Part shown: positions 18,000 through 27,855 of the stretch, in pieces
Position numbering within the stretch: position 1 is the stretch's first letter
Layout of the letters: every line of letters starts with the position of its first letter
IMG/VR virus record: IMGVR_UViG_2563367158_000002
Reading direction: 5' to 3' (one strand)
Source of the DNA: a virus
Lineage: Duplodnaviria; Heunggongvirae; Uroviricota; Caudoviricetes
Length of the DNA stretch: 35,353 nucleotides
Notes under the pieces: generated by a model
Databases searched by the model: none
What the model saw: the letters and a program-made list of their open reading frames with translations, nothing else
What the model was told of the DNA's origin: nothing
Position numbers and translations under genes: made by a program

Positions 18000-18279
18000 T
18001 GAGTAATCTCGTGATGGTTTTCTCGCGCTGAGCTTCACGCTTCGCGGCGTTCTCCAGTTCCTGACGCAGTGCCACCTGCGCCAGCTCGTTTTTGTCTGCC
18101 CTGGTGAGCGCAACATGAAGCTGATTTTTCAGCATGGTGATGGTCGTCTGCTGCCCGCTGGCGACGTTGCTCGCCCTGTCCAGTGAGGTGCGCAGGCTGG
18201 CGTTTTCATGCTTCGCCAGAAAAAGACCTACCACCGCCAGTGATAACAACACAACCAGCACAATCATCAGCTTTGACAT
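17836..18279 (-). CDS. lysB: LysB, Rz-like inner-membrane spanin (147 aa)
   Basis: MSKLMIVLVVLLSLAVVGLFLA signal-anchor then coiled-coil; the 342-aa ORF in the track is an upstream extension across lysA and K. Confidence 0.85.
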   Translation of the reverse strand: MSKLMIVLVVLLSLAVVGLFLAKHENASLRTSLDRASNVASGQQTTITMLKNQLHVALTRADKNELAQVALRQELENAAKREAQREKTITRLLNENEDFRRWYGADLPDAVRRLHQRPACTDASDCPQRLPESEPLPDAGQRPGDER

Positions 18280-18692
18280 GGTTCCCGCCCCCCAAAACGC
18301 TGACGGCAGGCCGTACGTATCAGCCGGAAAAACAGTGACGCCACGAGATAAATCAGCGCGGTAAAAATCCATCCGGCGGCGACCAGCGAGATAAACGTCG
18401 CCACCATCACCACCAGAGCCGCTGCCCGTCTGCGCCACGGCACCGGCTGCAAAAACAGCGACGTGACAATCTTCACGGCCAGCGATTCCGGCGGAAGCTC
18501 CCGCCCGTAGCGTTCCAGTACATACTCTGTGGCATACACGCCGACACCACCGGCAACCACACAGATAACCGTCGCCAGAATCGCCCAGGCAGCGACAAAA
18601 CTGACGGCCACGCTCTGCGGGTAAATCAGGGACAGTGCCAGCATCAGCGCCAGCGACACGTTCAGCATCAGTGAAAGGGATAATTTCTTCAT
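18267..18692 (-). CDS. lysA: LysA lysis-timing membrane protein (141 aa)
   Basis: Multi-pass hydrophobic 141-aa protein at the P2 lysA position. Confidence 0.88.
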   Translation of the reverse strand: MKKLSLSLMLNVSLALMLALSLIYPQSVAVSFVAAWAILATVICVVAGGVGVYATEYVLERYGRELPPESLAVKIVTSLFLQPVPWRRRAAALVVMVATFISLVAAGWIFTALIYLVASLFFRLIRTACRQRFGGREPCQS

Positions 18693-18706
18693 GGTGTTTA
18701 CTCCGT

Positions 18707-19204
18707 TTAAGCCGGTACGCCGCCAGCGGTACGCCAGACGGTGACCAGTTTTTCCAGTGAATGCTCACGCTGACCGTAACCGGCACCCGGCAGGGACGCC
18801 CAGATATTGCGACAGCGTGAAATGGCGCGCTCAATGCGTCCCGCCCGGATGTCATCCAGTGCACCGCGTTCGCGGATCAACTGAATGGCGAGTCTGTCCT
18901 GTGACAACGGACTGAAATCCGGCAGGGCAAGCTGTTTGCGGTAATGCGGCCAGAACAGGTAAAGCTGCTGATAGCGACCGGAGGCCGTGGATTTTTCACC
19001 GCGACGGTTAAACACCTTCGCCGGTCGGCCATGCGCGAACGGGTGGTCACTGTAGTCGGTGAAAATTTCCGGCTTTCCGTCCAGTCCGGTGACTATCACG
19101 TCATAGCCCCGGTTTTTCGTCAGCGGATGATTCGCCGTCCCTTCGGACGCGGCCAGCATGTCGAGAAAGGCGGCGATATTCTGATGCGTGTTAATTACCG
19201 GCAT
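18707..19204 (-). CDS. K: Endolysin K (165 aa)
   Basis: P2 gpK length; lysozyme-like EGT motif near the N-terminus (LAASEGT). Confidence 0.92.
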   Translation of the reverse strand: MPVINTHQNIAAFLDMLAASEGTANHPLTKNRGYDVIVTGLDGKPEIFTDYSDHPFAHGRPAKVFNRRGEKSTASGRYQQLYLFWPHYRKQLALPDFSPLSQDRLAIQLIRERGALDDIRAGRIERAISRCRNIWASLPGAGYGQREHSLEKLVTVWRTAGGVPA

Positions 19205-19485
19205 TACGGTTTCCCCCTGCCCTTAAAGCGGCGCTGAATGGCAATCTCAATCACCTGATAACCGGCGATACCCAGCATGGAGCCGATGCCGCACACCGCA
19301 GGCAGTGACAGGTCAGGAAACTGCACCAGAACAACACCGGCAACCATCGAGACAAAACCACCGAGCAACATGCGCCCGATAAACAGACGCGGGGTGATGG
19401 GTTCACCACCGGCAAGCACCTTGCCGACAACAATCAGCACCCCAATCATGAAAAGCGACAGGACGCTTTTTTCTTCTGCTGTCAT
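19204..19485 (-). CDS. Y: Holin Y (93 aa)
   Basis: 93 aa, hydrophobic segments and charged C-terminus, at the P2 Y position. Confidence 0.9.
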   Translation of the reverse strand: MTAEEKSVLSLFMIGVLIVVGKVLAGGEPITPRLFIGRMLLGGFVSMVAGVVLVQFPDLSLPAVCGIGSMLGIAGYQVIEIAIQRRFKGRGKP

Positions 19486-19488
19486 GCG

Positions 19489-19692
19489 TTACTCCCACAG
19501 ATTGACAGTTTCAGCCACGGGCGCGGTCTGAACGTCGGGCAGTTCGACGGCGGTGCCATGTGGCAGCACCGCCCCCAGTTCAGCCAGTCCCGGATTTGCG
19601 GCGAGCACAGCCTCGACCACGCCCTCAGTGCGCCCGTAATACCGGACACAAATGGCGTCGAGCGTGTCGCCCTGTAGCGCAAAGGTCTTCAT
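19489..19692 (-). CDS. X: Tail protein X (67 aa)
   Basis: Start at the ATG giving MKTFALQGDTLDAICVRYYG... (67 aa); the 90-aa ORF in the track starts at an upstream GTG. Confidence 0.88.
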   Translation of the reverse strand: MKTFALQGDTLDAICVRYYGRTEGVVEAVLAANPGLAELGAVLPHGTAVELPDVQTAPVAETVNLWE

Positions 19693-20201
19693 CAGATTTG
19701 ACTCACGATGCAGCGCGGCTTGTCCTGGATGCGCGCCACTGCCCAGCGCATATCCCGCCACAGCTCATCAATGGTGCTGTCAATGCTGTCGGCCTTCTTG
19801 TCGCCTTTCGCACTGGCATCCACGCCGCGATAACGCTCATAAAGCGATGCGGTCGCCATCGCACACACGGCGCGCTCGTAGTAAAAAACTTTGATGCTTT
19901 CACCGTCGATGTCGTCCGCCGGGACGTCCGCCAGACGCGTAAAACCGGCAGCAATTTTCTGTTCGCGGTACTCGTACAGCTCCGCATTCGTCTCCGCCAT
20001 GCCTGACTTGATGGCCTCACGCAGACGGGCGGGGGCGACGGTCTGCTCAAGGCGCATACGTTCCCGGACGCGCTTCGGGTCGATATCGGGAAAAAAGAAC
20101 GTGTTTTTAATCACCGGCTCGTCGCCTGCCGGTTGCGGGATGACCACCGTACCCTCACCGGACACGGGAGCCTCCTTTCGCGGAATAATCAGCGTCATCA
20201 T
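19692..20201 (-). CDS. L: Head completion protein L (169 aa)
   Basis: Start at MMTLIIPRKEAP... giving the P2 L length; the track ORF is extended upstream. Confidence 0.9.
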   Translation of the reverse strand: MMTLIIPRKEAPVSGEGTVVIPQPAGDEPVIKNTFFFPDIDPKRVRERMRLEQTVAPARLREAIKSGMAETNAELYEYREQKIAAGFTRLADVPADDIDGESIKVFYYERAVCAMATASLYERYRGVDASAKGDKKADSIDSTIDELWRDMRWAVARIQDKPRCIVSQI

Positions 20202-20300
20202 GACTACCTCTGAAAAGTCGGGCGGTGGACGCCGGTGCAGTGTCAGGTGATTCACCCTCACTGACCGGCGTGCCGCCCTGGCGCGGGGCGCATTCGGTTG

Positions 20301-21044
20301 TTAACTGGCTTTCTTTTTCGGGCGTCCACGTTTTGCCGGTGTCGCGCTCCGGGTCTTACGCGGGGCGCAGGTGGCAGCTTTTGGCTGTGGCTCCGGCTTC
20401 GGTTTCAGTTCCCGCTCCAGTCGTTCAATCTCTTTTTTGACGCCTGCCTGACAGTCGAGCTGTGTCGCACGTTGCAGGTGCGCCAGCGCACCGGCGGCAT
20501 CACCAGCGTCACGCAGAAACAGACCGGTGATTTTGTGCAGCTTTGCGCGCACTTCATCAGGCATGTCAGCCGTGGCGGTCAGTTCGAGGGTCTCCGTCAG
20601 CAGGCGGGTATCCACAGACTCACCGGCAGCGTGAGCACGCATGGCCGCGAGCGCCACCTCCTCGGTGAACATGTACGGCGGGGTGCGGCGGTGTTTACCC
20701 GGCATGGTCAGACCGTACTTCAGGGCATAACGGGCAATCTCCAGCGCACCGGCAATATCGCCGGTATCCAGACGCCACAGCATGACCGTCATCAGAATGT
20801 CATCCTGTGCACCTTTGCCCTGCTCCAGCACGCCGTTCACCCACGGCAACCAGAACGGCAGCAGTTCGCGTTTTTTCGCGGCCTTAAGCTCTTTTGAATA
20901 AATCGCTTTCAGTGTGCGCTGGTCTGCGGCCAGCTTGACCAGCATCTGCTCATAGACAGTTGCATGTCGCAGCGGGGCGGCTTCCCGCTGCGCGGTCATC
21001 GCTGCCGAGACCCGCATCATGTGGCGCTGTGCGGGACTCGTCAT
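20301..21044 (-). CDS. M: Terminase small subunit M (247 aa)
   Basis: P2 gpM length and sequence. Confidence 0.93.
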   Translation of the reverse strand: MTSPAQRHMMRVSAAMTAQREAAPLRHATVYEQMLVKLAADQRTLKAIYSKELKAAKKRELLPFWLPWVNGVLEQGKGAQDDILMTVMLWRLDTGDIAGALEIARYALKYGLTMPGKHRRTPPYMFTEEVALAAMRAHAAGESVDTRLLTETLELTATADMPDEVRAKLHKITGLFLRDAGDAAGALAHLQRATQLDCQAGVKKEIERLERELKPKPEPQPKAATCAPRKTRSATPAKRGRPKKKAS

Positions 21045-21047
21045 CGG

Positions 21048-22121
21048 TTACGCTCCCGGCTCTGCGGTCGCTTTAGCCGGTGTGGAGAAATCACCGACCT
21101 TAATTTTTTCCACCAGGCAACCGGCGGCGTAGTCTTCCACCACGTAATCAATGTTCATTGACTCGTAGTTCTCCACGCGGTCGAGTTTCGGGTTTTCCTC
21201 AATCACGCGGCGATGGCTGTCATCCATGTAGTAGATGGACAGGTTTTCCAGCTTCGTGATGAGCATCGCATCCGCCGGGAAGTACGGGACGCGTACCGCC
21301 GGCAGGTTACCGATGCGTTTCTGGCTGATGATGACGTCAGCGGCCAGCATTTCGCTGTTGTCCTGCTCCTTGTTGACGATGGGGAAATACTTGTCCGCCA
21401 GTAGCTGACGACCCACAATTACCACAAGGTCAGGGTCTTCCTGATACCATGGTTCAATCAGGTTGTTGGTCGCATCCATCACCAGTGCGTCAAGGCTGGC
21501 ATAATCACCGCCCTTACCCACGCGGATGACCTCAGAGGTCGTGTGACCTTCCTCGTCAGTGACCTTGCTCATCACGCGCGCCGGTGCTTCATTGCGGTAT
21601 TTCTGCAGCCAGCCGACCGCCACATCCTGCAGCATCGGATTGCTGCTGCGGTCAGAGGTTTCTGCACGCTTCACGCCGTTAAAACCGGCCATGATGAAAT
21701 CAAGGGACTGGCGTTTGATAATGGCGTTACGGATACGGAGCTGGAAATCCTGATAACGCGCCCACAGGTCAAGCGTTTTGTAGCGGATATAAAAATCGAA
21801 GTTAATCTGGTCGCATTCGTACTTGTTTGACGCCAGCTTCGAGAAGTCCTTCGGCTGACGCTCGGTGCCACCGGCGGTGTCGGTGGTGCTGGCGATGGAG
21901 CCGGTGACACCAATACCAATTTTTTCCCCTTTCATTTCGCTGACCGGCACAATGTTGATGCGGGTCAGAAAGTCAGAGGACTCCTGCATGGTGTTCATCA
22001 GGGTCTGGGTGACCGACGGTTCAACGGTGAATTTTTTCGACACATCACCGGCGTCGATGCCGTTCAGTTCGGCAACACGGGACAGGTAGGCATTAAATTT
22101 AAAGCGGGTTTCCTGGCGCAT
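21048..22121 (-). CDS. N: Major capsid protein N (357 aa)
   Basis: P2 gpN length and sequence. Confidence 0.95.
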   Translation of the reverse strand: MRQETRFKFNAYLSRVAELNGIDAGDVSKKFTVEPSVTQTLMNTMQESSDFLTRINIVPVSEMKGEKIGIGVTGSIASTTDTAGGTERQPKDFSKLASNKYECDQINFDFYIRYKTLDLWARYQDFQLRIRNAIIKRQSLDFIMAGFNGVKRAETSDRSSNPMLQDVAVGWLQKYRNEAPARVMSKVTDEEGHTTSEVIRVGKGGDYASLDALVMDATNNLIEPWYQEDPDLVVIVGRQLLADKYFPIVNKEQDNSEMLAADVIISQKRIGNLPAVRVPYFPADAMLITKLENLSIYYMDDSHRRVIEENPKLDRVENYESMNIDYVVEDYAAGCLVEKIKVGDFSTPAKATAEPGA

Positions 22122-22179
22122 AGTTTTTCCTGAAATTAAGGGTTAATCGTGAAGGTTTTCCCGGACTGACTGACGCCGG

Positions 22180-23034
22180 TCAGCAGTTCGTCATCAGGGC
22201 GTCACCGCCACCACCGGTGGCCTTGCTGCGGCGCTGCTGGGTCAGACTTTCGGTGTGGTCGAGACTGTTTTTCAGGCGGGTGAATGCCTGGCTGGTTTCA
22301 TCAGCCCTGTCAGTCACCTCCTGCTTAAGTGCGGAAAAGGCAGTTTCCATCTCAGCGAGGCGCTGCTCAGTGGCGCTCAGTTTTTCCTGCACATGTTCAG
22401 CAACAGCGGTCACCGCTTCATGCACGTCATTCAGACGGGCGTCATCACTGGCCTGTTTGCGGCCAAAAATGGATTTCACCTTTTCGGTCAGGGCGGTGAA
22501 CACGGTTTCAGGCAGGTCTTCAAATTCCAGCTCAACAGGCGTTGCCACTGAAATCAGGTTTTCAGGGCTTAATTTGAAGCGGTTCAGAGGGTTGTGTTTT
22601 GCAGTGCGGCAGAATTCCAGATATTCCGTGCCGAGGCTTGCCGGGTCATCGGTGACGGCCAGCCCCACCAGATAACATTTGCCGGTGTTGGCAAAGTTCG
22701 GCTGAATTTCCATTGAGGTGTAGACCTTCTGCGCGGCCTTGTTCATCGCGATAAGGTCATCGGTCGGGGTGATTTTCGCAAACAGCGCCCATTTGCCTTT
22801 CAGCGCCGAATCGTCATCAATCTTTTCGGCCTTCAGTTCGACCACATCGCCATAACGTTTAAAAATACCGTCAGGCAGGATGCCACGCAGATGTTCCAGG
22901 TTAATGCGGCAACCGTAGACACGCGGGTCAAAGGTTTCGGCCATTTCCTGAATATCCTGCGCACTGATGACACGCCCGTCACAGGTGTCACCCTCAACGC
23001 CGATACGAAAGAATTTTGAGACTTTTTTTGCCAT
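22180..23034 (-). CDS. O: Capsid scaffolding protein O (284 aa)
   Basis: Start at MAKKVSKFFRIGVEGDTCDGR... giving the P2 gpO length; the track ORF is extended upstream. Confidence 0.92.
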   Translation of the reverse strand: MAKKVSKFFRIGVEGDTCDGRVISAQDIQEMAETFDPRVYGCRINLEHLRGILPDGIFKRYGDVVELKAEKIDDDSALKGKWALFAKITPTDDLIAMNKAAQKVYTSMEIQPNFANTGKCYLVGLAVTDDPASLGTEYLEFCRTAKHNPLNRFKLSPENLISVATPVELEFEDLPETVFTALTEKVKSIFGRKQASDDARLNDVHEAVTAVAEHVQEKLSATEQRLAEMETAFSALKQEVTDRADETSQAFTRLKNSLDHTESLTQQRRSKATGGGGDALMTNC

Positions 23035-23207
23035 TGTCAGGAGTCCTGAATAGTGATTAGAAGAGTCACATGTCGGCATCAGTTTCCCGACGATGCGCAT
23101 CCTCCGCCATCAGTCCCGGATGGCTTATCACTGACACAACAGCACCTTAGCGAATCGCGGGGCGCGACTCAGTAGCCTTGCCGTGTATTCATCACGGCGA
23201 GGTATTC
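23035..23207. promoter_or_regulatory. Divergent late promoter region for O-operon (minus) and P-Q (plus)
   Basis: Position by analogy with the divergent P2 late promoters; contains the dyad GTCGG-N10-CCGAC (about 23072-23092). Confidence 0.4.
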
Positions 23208-24980
23208 ATGACCATCACCACAGACACCACTCTTTTACACGACCCGCGTCGTCAGGCGGCGCTGCTGTACTGGCAGGGGTTTTCCGTGCCGCAGATTGCC
23301 GCCATGTTGCAGATGAAACGCCCGACGGTGCAGAGCTGGAAACAGCGCGACGGCTGGGACAGCGTTGCCCCCATCAGCCGTGTCGAAATGAGTCTGGAAG
23401 CGCGGCTGACCCAGCTCATCATCAAACCGCAGAAAACCGGCGGTGACTTCAAGGAAATTGACCTGCTGGGACGCCAGATTGAACGACTGGCACGGGTAAA
23501 CCGCTACAGTCAGACCGGCAACGAGGCAGACCTTAATCCGAACGTTGCTAACCGCAACAAAGGCGGGCGTCGCAAACCGAAAAAGAATTTTTTCAGCGAC
23601 GAAGCCATCGAAAAGCTGGAGCAGATTTTCTTTGAGCAGTCTTTCGACTATCAGTTGCACTGGTATCGTGCCGGGCTTGAGCACCGCATCCGCGATATCC
23701 TGAAATCCCGCCAGATTGGCGCGACGTTTTATTTTTCCCGTGAGGCGCTGCTGCGCGCCCTGAAAACCGGTCATAACCAGATTTTTCTGTCGGCCAGTAA
23801 AACGCAGGCGTATGTGTTCCGCGAATACATCATCGCCTTTGCCCGTCTGGTTGATGTTGACCTGACCGGTGACCCGATTGTCCTGGGCAATAACGGCGCA
23901 AAACTGATTTTTCTCGGCACCAACTCCAACACCGCGCAGAGCCATAACGGCGACCTGTACGTCGACGAGATTTTCTGGATCCCGAATTTTCAGGTACTGC
24001 GTAAAGTGGCATCAGGTATGGCCTCACAGAGTCACCTGCGCTCGACCTATTTCTCCACCCCGTCCACGCTGGCGCACGACGCCTATCCGTTCTGGTCGGG
24101 TGAACTGTTCAACCGGGGACGCGCCAGCGCCGCCGAACGCGTGGAAATCGACGTCAGTCATAACGCCCTTGCCGGAGGTCTTCTCTGTGCGGACGGCCAG
24201 TGGCGGCAGATTGTCACCATTGAGGACGCCCTGAAAGGTGGCTGCACTCTGTTCGACATTGAGCAGCTCAAACGCGAAAACAGCGCCGACGATTTTAAAA
24301 ACCTGTTCATGTGTGAATTTGTTGACGACAAGGCGTCGGTGTTCCCGTTTGAGGAGCTGCAACGCTGCATGGTCGACACGCTGGAAGAATGGGAAGACTA
24401 TGCACCGTTTGCCGCCAATCCGTTCGGCTCCCACCCGGTATGGATTGGTTACGACCCGTCACACCGTGGCGACAGCGCCGGATGCGTGGTGCTGGCACCG
24501 CCGGTGGTGGCCGGTGGCAAATTCAGAATACTTGAGCGTCACCAGTGGAAAGGCATGGACTTTGCCACCCAGGCGGAATCCATCCGCAAACTCACCGAAA
24601 AATATAACGTCGAATACATCGGGATTGATGCCACCGGCCTCGGTGTCGGCGTGTTCCAGCTCGTGCGCTCGTTCTATCCCGCCGCGCGCGATATCCGCTA
24701 CACGCCGGAAATGAAAACCGCAATGGTGCTCAAGGCAAAAGACGTTATCCGCCGTGGCTGTCTGGAATATGACGTCAGCGCCACCGACATCACCAGCTCG
24801 TTTATGGCTATCCGCAAGACCATGACCAGCAGCGGACGCAGCGCCACCTATGAGGCCAGCCGCAGCGAGGAAGCCAGCCACGCCGACCTCGCCTGGGCGA
24901 CCATGCACGCCCTGTTAAATGAGCCACTCACCGCCGGTATCAGCACCCCGCTGACATCCACCATTCTGGAGTTTTACTGA
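23208..24980 (+). CDS. P: Terminase large subunit P (590 aa)
   Basis: Start at MTITTDTTLLHDPRRQAALLYWQG...; the track ORF begins at an upstream TTG; stop TGA overlaps the Q start (TGATG). Confidence 0.93.
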   Translation: MTITTDTTLLHDPRRQAALLYWQGFSVPQIAAMLQMKRPTVQSWKQRDGWDSVAPISRVEMSLEARLTQLIIKPQKTGGDFKEIDLLGRQIERLARVNRYSQTGNEADLNPNVANRNKGGRRKPKKNFFSDEAIEKLEQIFFEQSFDYQLHWYRAGLEHRIRDILKSRQIGATFYFSREALLRALKTGHNQIFLSASKTQAYVFREYIIAFARLVDVDLTGDPIVLGNNGAKLIFLGTNSNTAQSHNGDLYVDEIFWIPNFQVLRKVASGMASQSHLRSTYFSTPSTLAHDAYPFWSGELFNRGRASAAERVEIDVSHNALAGGLLCADGQWRQIVTIEDALKGGCTLFDIEQLKRENSADDFKNLFMCEFVDDKASVFPFEELQRCMVDTLEEWEDYAPFAANPFGSHPVWIGYDPSHRGDSAGCVVLAPPVVAGGKFRILERHQWKGMDFATQAESIRKLTEKYNVEYIGIDATGLGVGVFQLVRSFYPAARDIRYTPEMKTAMVLKAKDVIRRGCLEYDVSATDITSSFMAIRKTMTSSGRSATYEASRSEEASHADLAWATMHALLNEPLTAGISTPLTSTILEFY

Positions 24981-26014
24981 TGAGCAAGAAAAAAGGGAAA
25001 ACACCGCGACCTGCGGCAAAAACAATCACCGCCAGCGCCCCGAAAATGGAAGCATTCACCTTTGGCGAGCCGGTGCCGGTACTCGACCGCCGTGACATTC
25101 TGGATTACGTCGAGTGCATCAGTAACGGCAGATGGTATGAGCCGCCGGTCAGCTTTACCGGTCTGGCAAAAAGCCTGCGTGCTGCCGTGCATCACAGCTC
25201 ACCGATTTACGTCAAACGTAATATTCTGGCTTCAACGTTTATCCCGCACCCGTGGCTTTCCCAGCAGGATTTCAGCCGTTTTGTGCTGGATTTTCTGGTG
25301 TTCGGTAATGCGTTTCTGGAAAAGCGTTACAGCACCACCGGTAAGGTCATCAGACTGGAAACCTCACCGGCTAAATATACCCGTCGTGGCGTGGAGGAGG
25401 ATGTTTACTGGTGGGTGCCGTCCTTCAACGAGCCGACAGCCTTCGCGCCCGGCTCCGTGTTTCACCTGCTGGAGCCCGATATTAATCAGGAGCTGTACGG
25501 CCTGCCGGAATATCTGAGCGCCCTTAACTCTGCCTGGCTGAATGAGTCGGCCACGCTGTTCCGCCGCAAGTATTACGAAAACGGCGCACATGCCGGATAC
25601 ATCATGTACGTCACTGATGCCGTGCAGGATCGCAACGATATCGAAATGCTTCGCGAAAACATGGTGAAGTCGAAAGGCCGCAACAACTTTAAAAACCTGT
25701 TTCTCTATGCCCCGCAGGGGAAAGCCGACGGCATTAAAATTATCCCGCTCAGTGAAGTGGCAACGAAGGACGATTTTTTTAATATCAAAAAAGCCAGCGC
25801 CGCTGACCTGCTGGACGCGCACCGCATCCCCTTTCAGTTGATGGGCGGCAAGCCGGAGAACGTCGGGTCGCTGGGCGATATTGAGAAAGTGGCAAAGGTC
25901 TTTGTCCGCAATGAGCTTATCCCGTTACAGGACAGGATCCGCGAGATAAACGGCTGGCTCGGTCAGGAGGTCATCCGCTTTAAAAACTACTCACTGGACA
26001 CTGACAACGGCTGA
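24980..26014 (+). CDS. Q: Portal protein Q (344 aa)
   Basis: P2 gpQ length and sequence. Confidence 0.93.
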   Translation: MSKKKGKTPRPAAKTITASAPKMEAFTFGEPVPVLDRRDILDYVECISNGRWYEPPVSFTGLAKSLRAAVHHSSPIYVKRNILASTFIPHPWLSQQDFSRFVLDFLVFGNAFLEKRYSTTGKVIRLETSPAKYTRRGVEEDVYWWVPSFNEPTAFAPGSVFHLLEPDINQELYGLPEYLSALNSAWLNESATLFRRKYYENGAHAGYIMYVTDAVQDRNDIEMLRENMVKSKGRNNFKNLFLYAPQGKADGIKIIPLSEVATKDDFFNIKKASAADLLDAHRIPFQLMGGKPENVGSLGDIEKVAKVFVRNELIPLQDRIREINGWLGQEVIRFKNYSLDTDNG

Positions 26015-26019
26015 ACATC

Positions 26020-26040
26020 GCCGCCTGCGGGCGGCTTTTT
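26020..26040 (+). terminator. Rho-independent terminator after Q (gccgcc-tgcg-ggcggc-ttttt)
   Basis: GC hairpin with T5 run six nucleotides after the Q stop. Confidence 0.75.
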
Positions 26041-26182
26041 CACACCCCGCCATCACGCCCTCACACGCTCATCACCGCACAAAACATCCCGCAGACACAC
26101 AACGCCCCGGCGAACAATCTAAACGCCGTCACGACGCGCTCAGACGCTGAAAAAATAAAATCAGCACCACCGCCAGCGCGCA

Positions 26183-26201
26183 GTGCTTTCCCCGCCTCGC
26201 C
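26183..26201. other. cos cohesive-end sequence (gtgctttccccgcctcgcc, reverse complement of GGCGAGGCGGGGAAAGCAC)
   Basis: Matches the 19-nt P2 cohesive end as I recall it; lies about 170 bp past the Q stop, the expected side of the packaging genes. Confidence 0.6.
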
Positions 26202-26326
26202 CGCCCGCTTCATGGGGCGGTTTTAATGCAGTTGCATGAGCCCACTATAAGTGCATTAGAACTGGCTGAATGAAGAGACAGCGCTTAATCTAGGAAGATG
26301 CAATAAAATGCAACGCAATGCACTTC

Positions 26327-27025
26327 TTACAACTTCGTCATTGCTGACTCAAATTCATCATTAAATGGCTTAATTTGAGATGATGTTAGTTTTTTTACGA
26401 ACTTTTTTGTTGTTGTTTGAACTACGATTCTACCTTCACCAAGAGCATTCCCCTGGCATTCTTTTACGAACCATTCTTGAGTTACTGATGTGGTAATACT
26501 CATTGGGATCACAAGCGTTAATATATCTCCGTAGTCTTCTAAAACATGCGGTAACTTGCCAGAGATAAGCGTCCTGGGGTTTACCAATATATTCATTGCT
26601 TTATTATTAGAAAATTGCAACACAACTGATTGAATATTACTCCTTACTTTTCTTTTGTTTGTTATGGTTATTGATATTGCTGTATCTGTAGTGCTAGGTA
26701 AGTACATTGATGGCATTAACACCATGCTATATCGAATAGCAATTTCTTCTGAATTTTCCTTTAGCGAACGGTGTGCTAACAACAATGATGTCGCAACAGC
26801 AGAAAATGCCCCCACCCCAGAAACCCAAGTACCCAACATGGTCAAAAAAGGTATTGTAATTAATTGGTATTTAGTGTCACCATTCAAACCAACACCACTA
26901 TAACCCACGTAACACCCTATAAAAAAGAATAGACAAGCCGTTATTAAAAAAAATAATAAATGCATAGAACTTATATTTTTAAATTTCAGCAACAAACCTC
27001 TTAAAATATATTTGCATCTCTTCAT
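26327..27025 (-). CDS. Cargo membrane protein B at the tin/old slot (232 aa, or 212 aa from an internal ATG), unknown function
   Basis: AT-rich ORF; basic N-terminus then two hydrophobic segments (LLFFLITACLFFFIGCYVGY and ITIPFLTMLGTWVSGVGAFSAVATSLLL) and a roughly 140-aa C-terminal domain; start uncertain (27025 or 26965). Confidence 0.7.
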   Translation of the reverse strand: MKRCKYILRGLLLKFKNISSMHLLFFLITACLFFFIGCYVGYSGVGLNGDTKYQLITIPFLTMLGTWVSGVGAFSAVATSLLLAHRSLKENSEEIAIRYSMVLMPSMYLPSTTDTAISITITNKRKVRSNIQSVVLQFSNNKAMNILVNPRTLISGKLPHVLEDYGDILTLVIPMSITTSVTQEWFVKECQGNALGEGRIVVQTTTKKFVKKLTSSQIKPFNDEFESAMTKL

Positions 27026-27123
27026 TTTCTAATCTCACATTAAAATCAGACACCAATTTTTGCTAGTCACTATTTTTATGATTGCCAGCATAAATGCTGG
27101 CATCTTTATCATTCTGGCACAGT

Positions 27124-27855
27124 TCACTCACTTATAATTGATACAACCTCACCTGTTTCTACATTGACACGCGCAGCAATCGTCTGTTTCACCACTCCGC
27201 CATAAGCATTAGTTCCGCGAAACGTGGTTTTCACAATGGCATGCGGGTCTTTATTCAAAATCAGATGATATACCGTTGACACATGTTTATAAGATGAATC
27301 ATCGTTCATATTATCTTTAATTAGTTTTTCCAATGGACGATAAGAACCATCCCAACCACTAAAATTACTCTGAAATGTATCAAGATTGATTTTATTGTTT
27401 AGTGACTTCGGGTCATTTTCATAATCATTAAAGCACCACCCAAGAACATCACCGAGTTTCAACTCATCATCTTTGGTAAATGTATACTCACTCATGCAGG
27501 CATAAAACGCATCTGACGCGGCGGCTGGAACTTCCTTAAAATCAATGTAACTATTCACAATATCGTGTCGTGTTTTCTTTGACTCGTTCCGATATTCCTT
27601 GAGTGTTTTTTCACCATATTCGAATGTTTTTTGGACTTTGTGTTCTGCAACGGTTGATGTTTCAGTTTTAGCAACTGGCTGGCTTTTTTCTGTTGGATAG
27701 AGTATTGAACCAATTATGCTCAATACAAAACCACCTCCGAGATAAACCGCACTTGCACGTTTGCGGTTTGGCATTCGCACCAGTGATGGCCTGATTAACC
27801 CGATGAAGAAAGCAACGAAAAAAGCGAGTGATAGAAAAGCGATTATAGTATCCAT
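27124..27855 (-). CDS. Cargo membrane protein A at the tin/old slot (243 aa), unknown function
   Basis: Start at the ATG with AGGA RBS (aaaaaggatagctATG); two hydrophobic segments (IIAFLSLAFFVAFFIGLI and AVYLGGGFVLSIIGSILY) separated by an RKR loop, then a roughly 180-aa soluble domain; AT-rich. Confidence 0.75.
   Translation of the reverse strand: MDTIIAFLSLAFFVAFFIGLIRPSLVRMPNRKRASAVYLGGGFVLSIIGSILYPTEKSQPVAKTETSTVAEHKVQKTFEYGEKTLKEYRNESKKTRHDIVNSYIDFKEVPAAASDAFYACMSEYTFTKDDELKLGDVLGWCFNDYENDPKSLNNKINLDTFQSNFSGWDGSYRPLEKLIKDNMNDDSSYKHVSTVYHLILNKDPHAIVKTTFRGTNAYGGVVKQTIAARVNVETGEVVSIISE

Noticed and set aside
17836-18864. 342-aa minus-strand ORF spanning lysB, lysA and part of K
   Set aside because: An upstream extension of lysB in a frame overlapping lysA and K; the real LysB starts at MSKLMIV with its signal-anchor.
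19891-20897. Plus-strand ORFs of 119 and 199 aa antisense to L and M, plus similar ORFs opposite N, O, P and Q (21543-22675, 23235-23945, 24024-24908, 25364-25822)
   Set aside because: Antisense to strongly supported structural genes; biased composition; no independent signals.
23035-23207. Canonical Ogr activator box (TGT-N12-ACA as I recall it) in the late promoter regions
   Set aside because: I found dyads (GTCGG-N10-CCGAC here, CACCA-N7-TGGTG upstream of V) but no exact match at the expected spacing, so only regions are annotated, not precise sites.
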